DNA of 64,000 nucleotides, from contig MU006103.1 of assembly GCA_010093705.1 (NCBI GenBank), positions 310,001-374,000 on the forward strand, given 5' to 3'. The notes under the pieces are model-generated. The model was not told the DNA's origin. It did no database searches and saw only the letters and a program-made list of their open reading frames with translations. The translations under genes and the position numbers were made by a program. Of this stretch, positions 37,348 through 48,102 are shown piece by piece. This DNA comes from Patellaria atrata CBS 101060 (lineage: Eukaryota). The number at the start of each line of letters is the position of its first letter. Positions within the stretch are counted from its first letter, which is position 1.

Positions 37348-37596
37348 CTAACAGACTCCTCCAGTAATCTTACAGATGGCTTTTGAGATTGCGTCCCAGA
37401 AGCCCCGTTTCACGAGTATTTCCCCGTTTGTGTCCAGCTCTTCAATATCGGCGGCATAGGTAGTATAAGTAACGGGCTCACTGTCGATATTGCTGGAGAC
37501 AGAAACGCTGTCGCCAGTTGAGGCAAATTGAAGACGGGGGCCAGCAAGGACGCCGGCGGCTGTTGAGAGAATTATGATGGTGTTGGTGAGACGCAT
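37348..37596 (-). CDS. Small secreted prepropeptide (82 aa): signal, acidic pro-region, KR, 18-aa peptide with two Cys
   Basis: MRLTNTIIILSTAAGVLA|GPR...DIEELDTNGEILVKR|GFWDAISKAICKITGGVC*. ATG in a strong context (CACAATG). Intronless. Confidence 0.8.
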   Translation of the reverse strand: MRLTNTIIILSTAAGVLAGPRLQFASTGDSVSVSSNIDSEPVTYTTYAADIEELDTNGEILVKRGFWDAISKAICKITGGVC

Positions 37597-38252
37597 TGTG
37601 GATGATTGTTAAGAAATATTGTGTGATATTTGATTTTCTGCTTTTTCTTTTAGAGAAGATGCGGCTCAGGGGGGGTGGGAGGGCGCTAAGAGAAATATAA
37701 AGGGCCATGTTGTGTGACAAAGAGTGAGTTCAATGTAATTTAGGATGAAAACAACAAAGAAGAGAGGTTAAAGGATAACCATAAAGAACCGATACTTGTC
37801 CTAGCATACAAAGAAGCATTGTCTCGGTGGCCACAAGCTCTTATGTAAGTCTATAGTGTCCCGTCTTATAGAGCACGTACACAACGAGTATGGATAAGAT
37901 GTATAACAACCGACAAGTGCGAAACCTGACTGTGAGAGGATCTATAATCAATGATTGTACATGAGCCTTGGTTAAAATACGACAGTAGTCTTAGTATAAA
38001 TCTTTCGATACCGATATGTAATAATGGATTCTTGTGTGCGGGTTAGCATGAAATTGTGCGGATGACTTTCATTTATGAGAGACGGATAGTTCGTAGATTG
38101 CGAGAGGACAGCAATCAAGTTTTGAATCATATCTATGCTAAACATTATCCAGTACGACTATACATGAATGTTAATTAGAATGTCGATAATTGACGTGGGA
38201 TTGAAGGCGGTTCAGGATTTTAAGGGGTTAGCTAATCAGAGCTACGCAGCAG

Positions 38253-38489
38253 CAGGAGTCGACAAAATTCGTGGGACAGACCATTGCACCACCAAAACTC
38301 ACTGATTAAACCACAAAATCCCATAGAATACTAGAATTAAAATAGTTAATATTATTCTCTTTTTACTGAATTATATCCTAGATAGATTTTATTAATTCAA
38401 TAATTAGTTTTCGTGGTGTTATTATGGTTTTTTATACCTTCACATAAGTTAGTATAGTAAAAGCGTCCCACGAATTTTGTTGACCCCTG
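38253..38489. mobile_element. MITE-like non-autonomous DNA transposon, 237 bp, with 25-bp terminal inverted repeats
   Basis: Left CAGGAGTCGACAAAATTCGTGGGAC (38253-38277) versus reverse complement of 38465-38489, CAGGGGTCAACAAAATTCGTGGGAC: 23/25 identical. AT-rich non-coding interior. No clean TSD. Confidence 0.7.
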
Positions 38490-38678
38490 GTGAAGCCGGT
38501 GAGCTACCGTGATAAAGCCAGTGCCAAGACTAAATTTTCTAGAGCGCATCCCCGTCATCCTACACGTTCTCTCCCTAGTTTTATCAACTATCAAAAGATA
38601 TTCAATTCACACAATCCATCATCATACCTTCCTCTCAACTCTTTGCATCACGTTGTTCTCTAGAATTATCTCTTCATC

Positions 38679-39790
38679 ATGTTCGTCATCATTCTGCTTT
38701 CACCATTGGAACTAGGCTAATGCGATATGCAGGTATCTGCTTCGGCGCGCCGCCTTCAAGGTTATCTCTTCGCAACCTCAGTCTTTCCTCCCAAAAACCC
38801 GTTCCATCACAACTGTCACTAAACAAACCTTCCATCAGAGACAGCAATGGGCTGTGTCGCCTTTGCAAAGGCGGTTCGCCTCAGAGGACGCCGCCAGGGA
38901 GGAGGCAAAACTGAGTGAAGACCAAGTTGGTGATGAGACGGTCCCTTCCGAAGAATCATCTAAGAATCACGCTACGGTCGACTCTTTGATCAATAGCGCT
39001 AGGCAGACTGCATCTGAAGCGGCGGATGCGATCTCAGCCACCTCTCAGGGTGTAGCGGAAAGTGCAAGAAATGCCGGTGCTGCTACTAGTTTTTCTAGAT
39101 CCCAATCGACAGCACCCAGCATTGTGCAACCGAGTGACTGTACCCTTTACGTCGGCAACCTGTTCTTCGAAGTTACTGCAGATACTCTGAAGCGAGAGTT
39201 TGGACAATTTGGACCGATCAAGTATACTAAGATCATCTACGATCCAAGAGGGCTAAGCAAGGGGTAGGCTTTACGTATCCTGTTGATTGACCTTAATACT
39301 GAGACTAACACTTGGTTGTAGGTTCGGATATGTTGAGTTCGAGAATAAGGAGGACGCTGCGAAGGCGCTTGAGCGTTTGAATCAGCAAATCTTTGAAGGT
39401 CGCCGCATGACAGTTCAATACCACAAGAGGTCTGAAAGGTCTGAAACGCGCGGGGTTCCAAAATATGAGAGAAAGCCAACTGAACCTTCGAAGACACTTT
39501 TCATTGGAAACATGTCGTTTGAAATGTCTGACAAGGACTTGAACGATTTGTTCAGAGAAATCCGTAACGTATTAGACGTAAGAGTTGCAATCGATAGACG
39601 AACTGGTCAACCAAGGGGTTTCGCACACGCAGACTTCATCGACGTTGCTAGCGCTGAGAGGGCTAAAGAACTGTTGAATGACAAAGAGATCTATGGCAGG
39701 AGATTGAGAGTTGACTTTGGAAAGAGAAGTGCCCGGGAACCTGGAACTGATGGTGCTCCTCAACAAGACACTGGAAGTACACCTCAGTAA
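38679..39790 (+). CDS. Two-RRM RNA-binding protein with a predicted mitochondrial presequence
   Basis: Start codon AT|G split by intron 38681-38732 gives MYLLRRAAFKVISS...LQRRFAS. RRM1 LYVGNL...KGFGYVEF (intron 39264-39321), RRM2 LFIGNM...RGFAHADF. Confidence 0.85.
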
Positions 39791-40327
39791 GAAGTCAAGC
39801 ATGCTCATCTGCATAGCTTCATAGTTAGATCGAGTCGACCCCAGACTTCTGCTCTTTGAATCTATGCGAGCAATCACTTGACTCCATCATATTTCTTCTC
39901 TGTGTTACTGGCCACTTTGTTCTTTGTTGATTTCTTGAAAAATCTTTTCTGCGGTTTCATATTGTGTACATAACGGTTGTAACAATAATAGTTAGATGGA
40001 TATACATACGGCGTTGTCTAATCGCCACTCATGCTTATTATTTGTAGAGTCTCCTGACTATCCACTGATGATGACCCTCCACAACTTCTTGACGTTTCAT
40101 TATTGTTCGGCTCGAAAATGCACTGATTGAAAGATCCAAATCATGTGGCGGAGACGCCTTCTGTTATCCCGAAAGAACGCTGTGCCTCGGGATTTTTAGC
40201 CCCACCACCAACCAAATAGAAGCTCTTGACTAATCCGCTATTTCACCCTCTCCTGCAACTTTACAGTAAACAACTTCTTACTTGACTCCACCTTCTGCCT
40301 TCCTTTACACTTCATATATTATCTGTT

Positions 40328-42314
40328 ATGAGCTTTCTAGGAGGAGCAGAATGCTCCACGGCTGGCAACCCACTCAGCCAATTCACCAAGCATGTTCAGG
40401 ATGACAAAACGTTACAGAGAGACCGGCTGGCCGGTCGCAGTCCTGGCGGTATGCAAGAGAGCGTTAGATCACAGAATATGAGTCCAGCTCAGGATCAGGT
40501 CATTTTTCTAGCACCCTAGTACCATGTCATAGTAGCTAATGAATTGGTGTTAGATGATGGACCAGTTCCTACAACAGTCCGGCCAGTTACCACAAGGACC
40601 AGCGTCACCATTCGCCATGGAACAGATGAGACGAGAATTAGAAAGAGCACAACATAGCGGGTCTCCGAACTGGGCTGCGGAGTTCGAACCTGGGGTTGAA
40701 GGTCCCGCGAGGATGGAAACCGCTTTCCGACAGATGCCCCAGAACGCCAAAGCTGGATTCACTCCCGAACAGTTTGCTATGTTCCAACGTAACCAACAAG
40801 AAGCGCGCAGTGGTGCTGCGAGCCCACAAACTATGAGTGGGTACCAACGTCCCATGAACTACAGTATGGGCATGGGTGGTATGGGTGTGGGATACGGAAT
40901 GGGTATGGGAATGATGCAGCGACCATATAGCGATATTAGTTTTCAGCAGCCCATGCAAGCAGAAGGCAAAGGCAAAGGACGTATGGTCGAACTCGACGAT
41001 AAAGACTGGGAGGCACAATTCAAGGAGCTCGAATCAACTGAAAAGGACGCCGAGAAGTTAGACGAGGAAGCGAATAAGGCGATGGAAGCAGAGCTCGAGG
41101 ATATAGACAGGTCAGTCCCTTCTGAGAGAGATCAATTCGGGAATTTTGAGGATATTTGGAGGAGCATTCAAGCTGAAACGGCCAATGCTAGACATCTCGT
41201 CGAAGAAGAACATATGCTGGATCCCATGCATATGGGCGATCTTGGGGATTGGGAAGGCTTCGATGGCATCAGAACGCACAGCGATTTTCAAGACCCCCAG
41301 ATAGGTGACTATTTATTCGAAGAACAGAACCTATTCAGTGACATCACAAATCCATTCGAGGAAGGAATGAAGATAATGCGGGAGGGCGGTAACCTCTCCT
41401 TAGCAGCTCTTGCCTTTGAGGCTGCGGTTCAAAAAGACCCGAATCATGTAGAAGCATGGACAAAACTTGGTGCTGCCCAGGCGCAAAATGAAAAGGAATC
41501 TCCGGCGATACGGGCTTTGGAACAATCACTCAAGATCGACCCCTCTAATCTCGAAGCACTTATGGGTCTTGCAGTATCGTATACGAACGAAGGCTACGAT
41601 AGCACCGCTTACCGAACCCTTGAGCGTTGGGTAGCTACCAAATACCCCCAACTAATTACAACACCTCTCTCCTCTCCAGAAGAGGTCGGTTTCACAGATC
41701 GACATGCTCTACACGAGAAAGTGACCAACCTCTTCATCGAAGCTGCGCAACTCTCACCCTCCGGCGAGCATATGGATCCAGACGTCCAAGTCGGGCTCGG
41801 TGTTCTCTTTTATGGAGCGGAACAGTATGATAAAGCCGTCGATTGTTTTGGTGCCGCGCTCGCATCGACGGAATCAGGTACCACAAACCAACAAGACCAA
41901 ATACATCTTCTTTGGAACAGATTAGGGGCCACTCTCGCAAATTCGGGTCGTTCAGAAGAAGCGATAGATGCATATGAACGCGCTCTTTCTATCCGTCCTA
42001 ACTTCGTCCGCGCCCGTTATAACCTTGGTGTTTCGTGTATCAACATCGGTTGCTTTGCTGAAGCGGCGCAACATTTACTCGGGGCTCTCGCCATGCACAA
42101 AGTTGTAGAGCGAGAAGGCCGAGAACGCGCAAAGGAGGTTGTTGGCGATGGTGTCAATGATGCAGAGCTGGATAGGATTGTTCAGCAGAATCAAAGCACT
42201 AATTTGTTCGATACTTTGCGAAGGGTCTTTAGCCAGATGGGTAGGAGGGATCTATCCGAATTAGTAGGTCCCGATATGGATATTAACAGATTTAGAGGGG
42301 AGTTTGAGTTTTAG
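40328..42314 (+). CDS. pex5: Peroxisomal PTS1 receptor
   Basis: N-terminal MSFLGGAECSTAGNPLSQF (conserved Cys), WxxxF motifs (WAAEF, WEAQF, WEGF-like), TPR domain (LWNRLGATLANSGRSEEAI; FVRARYNLGVSCINIG). Intron 40499-40553. Confidence 0.97.
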
Positions 42315-42556
42315 GAAGGAAATGTCAGAGAAGTTGTATAGCACATGATAGGCGTTGCATTGCTGGTGTTCGTCTATTGGAATATGTGATGAGTTCTGAT
42401 TTGGGCACTCTCAGGTTAGGGTGGAATGAGGAATATTTATGAACCCTAGACTTATCTACTTCCCTACAATGGGAGTGTAAACTGACGTAATCATTCATTT
42501 ACCTTGAAACACACATATTAAAGATATCCCCTAGTAACGAGGGAACTCGTTTTCCA

Positions 42557-43012
42557 TCAAACCAGAAATACGAGATACCATCCCCATAATACCTCATGTA
42601 CAAGTACAATGATCCAAAACTCAAACTGATACGAAACTTTGCTAGTCTTATGTTGAAAGATATACTGAGCGAGCAAAGCTCCCGGCCAGCCTCCTGCGAG
42701 TTCCGTCATGTGCAATGTACGTTCTGGCACCCTCCACTCTCCTCTCGGAGCAGCAACTCTGTCTTTGCGGTATACGACGATTGCTATAATACTCCAGAAG
42801 AGATACACCCATATGGGCCACTTTACACCGTAATGGTACCACAGGCGAACCATGCCGGCGAGCGGTAGACATAACGAGAGAAGCTTCGTCCCGAAGGTGC
42901 GTCGTTGGTGGGCTAGGACGACTTGACGGCGGTTTTGCTTGGGTGCTTCTACGGGTTTGCGTTTGGGACGGGAGGGTCTGGTTAGAGGCTTTGAGGTGTT
43001 CATTTTCTTCAT
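42557..43012 (-). CDS. DUF1294 family membrane protein
   Basis: D+.AA.RGEWRVPERTLH..ELAGGWPGALLAQYIFQHKTSK.SYQ matches the DUF1294 signature, with hydrophobic segments. Confidence 0.85.
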   Translation of the reverse strand: MKKMNTSKPLTRPSRPKRKPVEAPKQNRRQVVLAHQRRTFGTKLLSLCLPLAGMVRLWYHYGVKWPIWVYLFWSIIAIVVYRKDRVAAPRGEWRVPERTLHMTELAGGWPGALLAQYIFQHKTSKVSYQFEFWIIVLVHEVLWGWYLVFLV

Positions 43013-44247
43013 TACTCGTGATAGTGTTATTTGTATAAGTAGGAACTATAGAATCATGATATGCGGAAGCCCGGTGTCGGAGATCTGGAAGTCTGGATTC
43101 ATGCAGTCTCGTAGAAAGTTATGAGTTCTACGGTGGAACTAAGGTAGGTAGGCCGAGTTAAGAGCGTACATTCCCCTAAAATGAGTTTATTTGAGTGACT
43201 TAATCGTATGTACACATTTCCTTGTATTGTAGCGCTGAAGTTAACTCTCCAATCAGGGTGATGAGCTGCGTTGGATCTCCACTGCTGTATATGTGGGAGA
43301 GAGGTTTATGGACGAAGCCGGTTGGTGGGGGACGTACATTTGAATAGTGAGACGCATGTAGTAGACGCGGGAGACAATACTGTAAGGAGTATAACTGTGA
43401 GGAGTAGCTGTACAGTTACATACGTAGCTTGTGCAGCTCATCTTGTACCCCACTCGCCACCAGTGATAACAATACGATGAATGGGCAGAAAGGTCCCCCT
43501 TGGTCGTACCCCGTGCCTTGCTCAAGTCGCTTGTAACTTGCTCGTGGACCAAATACAGCCGGATGACAATAAGATGCGTGCCACTTTGTAAGACCAGGTC
43601 ATCTGTTATACTTTTAGTATGGTCGATAATCCGTAAATGGCCACTCAGATGAGGCACCTCCCTTTGTTTCCCCACACTTTCATAAATACTCAACAATCAA
43701 CAATAGATATCTAAATGTTCGAGAGAGAAGAGGACTCGTTGTTTTTTACTGAAGAGTTTGATCTTGAAGGGTCTTCTCGGGAGCTAATTCTCTTGTAAGT
43801 TTGATGTTGTTGATAGGGCTGGTATCGTTTATTAGTTCCATCATATCGGCGGTCATAGCCCGTTTAGCCCCTTACTAGACGCCTAAACAACCCACCAGAT
43901 CCCTTCATAGCATCACCACCTCACAGCCATACTACTGTAAGCGCACCTGACGCCATCTCATTCCTTCCCAGCACTTTGTACCGCTACTCCCACTACGGCC
44001 TCAACTTTTCATTCATTTGTTTTCTCTTCAACTTCTCCATTTCTACCTCTTTTCTCGCCCTCAGAACTGGGATCTCTGATACCACCAAAGCACTAATCGA
44101 CTCGACCCCAAACTTAGGTACCTTATCACCCCGCGGCCTCACTAGTGCCCACTATCGTCGTCAATCGTCACGTCAGCCGCACGAGGTCAACGGAATACCA
44201 TAAAATAGACGTTTGATGAAAGAGAATTAGTGACGGAAACCATCGCG

Positions 44248-45573
44248 ATGCAGTCCACTCATACAAGTGACAGTTCAACTCAAAGTCCACACGCTTTGCG
44301 ACCTCAGGTTCATGTCCTACAGGCATCTCTTCCTCCACCTTTCAGATCAAGGTCGGAAGGTAAGTTGTAACTTGATACTTGGACTATTTTTTAGATGGTA
44401 TTCTAAGTGTAATCCCTAGACTCATGGATAGAAGTCTCCTCACGTCCCTCGTCTTCTTCCCTTTCATCTGCGGCTGAAGATATTGTTACAACTGGTTTAC
44501 GTGTACAACATGATTCCAATGCTCGTCGACGGAGACGAACTCGGGATGGGAGTCTCTCGCACTTACGCCGCGAGACTCATGGGTCCTGTGCCCCTGGTAG
44601 TAGTCAAGATGAATATGAGGAAAGTGAAAGCGATGCTGACCGCTTGATGACGTCGTCCAACGAAGGACTACATCTTTCCCCTTTGGAATCCCGCAAACCG
44701 GTACAATACGCGTCATCAGAAAGCAATTCTGTGACTGGAGAATATGAGGAGGATGATGAAGACGAAAACTCAACAGCGGTCGAGTTTCCGCGAAGTGCGG
44801 GACCCCCTGGTCCTTTCACACCGCAACCACACGCCTTCTCACACCCTTCCTCCAACCCTATTAACAGACCTCAAGTTCAGCATTCATCAGGCTCATATTT
44901 CAACCATAACCATCGACCAACAAATAAAGCGTCTTCCCAACGTCACTCTTATCCCTCACACCAACCGAACCATAACCCCTATAACGCCATATCTCCCTCC
45001 TACCAAGCAGATCACGACGCCGCTTTACGAGCCAGTCTCTCCACCCTACTTTCCTGCGCGGCCGCCGCCCGCAGCCTTCCCAAGTCGAACAGACAAGGCG
45101 CTCCCACGCTAACGACACCCTCTAACCGCCTTGACCCCACCTCTCTGGGCATGGTCCCTGAGTCCGTCGCTCTAGGAGCGGCTCCCACCACCCGCCTTAC
45201 TTCTCCCCCAACCAACCCCTCATCCCGCAGCACCAGCCACGAACAGGGCAAGCGGAAAGCAGCAGCAACCCGCAGTAGCAGCAAAGAACGCCGCGTGCTG
45301 CAGAAGAAAGTCCGTGGCAGTTATATCGGGCAAAACACCGAGGAGATCAGTCCAACGCTGCTGACGTGGGTCGTGAGTGCGGGCGTTGTGGTGCTAGTGA
45401 GTGCTCTTAGTTTCTCGGCGGGATATGTTATTGGGAAGGAGACAGGTAGGAGTGAGGTGTTGGGCGTAGCAGGGGGAACGGTGGAGGCGGGGAGCTGTGC
45501 TAGGGAAGCGGGAAGAGGGTTGGGATTGAAGAGGTTGAGGTTTGGAAGTGGAACGGGGAATGTGAGGGTTTAG
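44248..45573 (+). CDS. Uncharacterised disordered protein with a C-terminal transmembrane anchor, about 421 aa
   Basis: Exon 44248-44359, intron 44360-44419, exon 44420-45573 in frame. Blocks DSWIEVSSRPSSSSLSS, DIVTTGLRV, PFTPQP, DHDAALRASLSTLLSCAAAAR and TM TLLTWVVSAGVVVLVSALSFSAGYVIG. Confidence 0.82.
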
Positions 45574-46727
45574 AAGTTATCACCACTGTTGCTATACACT
45601 ATGGGATAATAGTTGACGGTGATGTGGATTGGAAGCGATGTTATGACCATGAGTTGGTGGGAGGGAATGCTTTGTGTTTTTAGGGGCGTTTGGGGAAAAT
45701 GTGGTCATAGGTGATGGGTTATGATTATGATTCCCTGTAGTGGGTGTTGCTTACGCTCTAATCTTATATATGGATGGGTTTTATACTATAGTAACTTAGC
45801 TATAACGATGATATAATAATCTAGTTCTGATGGATGAGAAGACTCTTTTGCTAATTGTTTATGTGTATATACAGTATCAGGGATGACAGTCATTTCCCTC
45901 TGAGTAAGTATTTTTCTATGTCCCTTCCTTACCGTGATCTTAGTTATACCGGGCCGCTTTCGAAAGGGCTTTGTACGAGTACCTTACCTCTTCTCCTTTT
46001 CCAACACACATTTGCAAAAGGGATAGACGACAAAGGGGTTCGCTGGGACTGAAAAGCGCTGAATGAGAACGAAATTAAGGAAATGTTGCTGGTGCCGGTT
46101 AGCTGGGCTCACCGGAGTCGAGGTCTTTTGCAATAAAGCCATCAGATGGATTATTGGCACGGTTGGATTCAACACGCCGCAAATCAGAACCAACTTGAAA
46201 CGGTTATTCCGATCAGCACCGACCAAAGGAACCCGGCTCAGGGATGTTACTTTTAGTTAGATCTCAGTCACACCTCACCTCTCAAAGACTTAAAGAGCAC
46301 CTCATCCCTTAATTTCTCCTTCTCGTTTGCAATACTTTCTTTGAGGTATAGTGGGCGTTTGGTTTAAGATACGGTGCGTGTGTTTTCCTTCTTGTATGTA
46401 AAGTTCTCAAAAAGCTTCCTGGATGTTTGGCTCAAGATATGGTGTGTATAAAGTCGATTTAGTCGGTCTACACACAACACTTTTTTTTTCCTTTCAACTT
46501 TTCATTTTGTGCTTTTTTTTTCTTTCTCTCTTTTAAGACAAGTTTCTGACTGATGAGTAGACAACGTTTCATCTCCATATTGTTCTCACCGTGCCGCAAT
46601 TGCTTCCTACCTTGCAGTTCTCCTAGGTTCAACATTAGCAGTTACTGTTCTAAACAGTCGCAGTTCTGTCTGTGTTCAAACTCTATTGCAAATAGTGTGA
46701 TTGAAAAGGGGTGTAAAGCTTACCAAG

Positions 46728-48102
46728 ATGAGATTCGATCATGTCTTCGAGGAGAAAACTTAGGACGTCTTTATTCGCTGGATACGAGTTCTTATGCGAA
46801 CGAAACCAGGACCAGAGTATCCAGCTATGCGGCTCGCAGAGAAATATCGGGATGTGAAAGTAGAAGGTGCTTGTCGTTGTGCAAATGGAGCCTTCAATGT
46901 ATGCTACAGGGTTAAGTGTAAAGATGGATTCGAAGCTATCGTTCGATTTACTGTCCTGGGACATACCAAGCTTCGGACAGAGTAAGTCACAAACGAGATT
47001 GATGCGTCATGAAATATCTGTGCCAATATACGTCAATGCCGGTCCCCGAAGTTCTCGGGGCTGGTATTTGTTGCATGGGACCTTATTTTGTCATGCCTTT
47101 CCTTGACGGACGTATCGCGTCGACAATGCTCAAGGACCCGAATCATGAGGGTCGTCACGTTCTAAATCCAAACATACCTGATGTGATTCTCAGAAGGGCG
47201 TATTTGGAAATGGCCAAAATACTCCTGGAACTCTCTAGGCCAGGATTTCAAGCAATTGGTGTATTTGAGTTTGAAAAAGAAGGTTTCGCGGTTACCAAAA
47301 GACCTCTGACATTTGAGATGAATCAATGGCAAACTGAATCCAATATTCGCCTTGAGGCCCTACCAGCCGGACCGTTTCGATCAGCTACCGATTACTTTGT
47401 AATGTTAGCGAACCTGCATTTTTATAACTCCAGCAACAGCATAACGATGCTGTCATCAACGAAGAAGATTGCCGCAAAAAGTATATTGCCCGCTGTCTAT
47501 TCCGTAAAATTGCTCGGGAAATCTCAACAAAGCATCGGGACGGCACATTTCGACTGTACTGGGACGATCTCCGTCCCTCCAACGTTCTTGTTGATATGCA
47601 TAACCTCCGTATGACGGGTGTTATCGATTGGGAATTCACATACGTGGTACCCGCCGAGTTTATGTACGCAGCGCCCTGGTGGCTTTTACTAAAAAGTCCA
47701 CAGGGCTGGGATGCAGACCTTAATGTTTTATTAGACCATTACAAGCCACGACTTCGTCTCTTTCTCTCGGCTCTTCGTGAATGCGAGGATAAGGGAATTA
47801 AAGAAGGAGATGGTCCGCTAGCAGATTCACTACGTTTATCTACACGCATGGAGCAGTCGCTCGATTTAGGTCTGTTTTGGTTTTGTGTGGCCGTAAGGCA
47901 CAGTTCAATGCTAGACGAGGTCTATTTGACCTTCCTTGACAAGTTGTATCACGGTCCTTTGACTTCAATAAACGACCGAATCCAACTTTTGAGTGAGGAG
48001 GAGAGAGACAACCTTGAGGAATTTGTCCGCGCCAAGATGGAACAAGATAAGGAGTCACATTTAGATGATCATTATCCTATTGACAAGTTGCTGGATCTCT
48101 GA
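46728..48102 (+). pseudogene. Disrupted phosphotransferase (APH/choline kinase-like) family gene
   Basis: Motifs GAFNVCYRV, MPVPEVLG, KRPLTF.MN, NDAV..EEDCRKKYIARCLFRKI, DDLRPSNVLV, GVIDWEF, PWWLLL lie in different frames. In-frame TAA at 46983-46985 and frameshifts near 46775, 47005 and 47425, with no intron signals to rescue them. Confidence 0.8.

Noticed and set aside
40066..40126. ATGATGA...CTGA as a possible box C/D snoRNA
   Set aside because: Short, with no terminal stem and no guide sequence I could identify.
41111..41281. Possible in-frame alternative intron in pex5 (GTCAGT...CAG, 171 nt), like long and short PEX5 isoforms
   Set aside because: No CTRAY branch site near the acceptor, and the segment encodes plausible Pex14-binding motifs (FEDIW, DWEGF).
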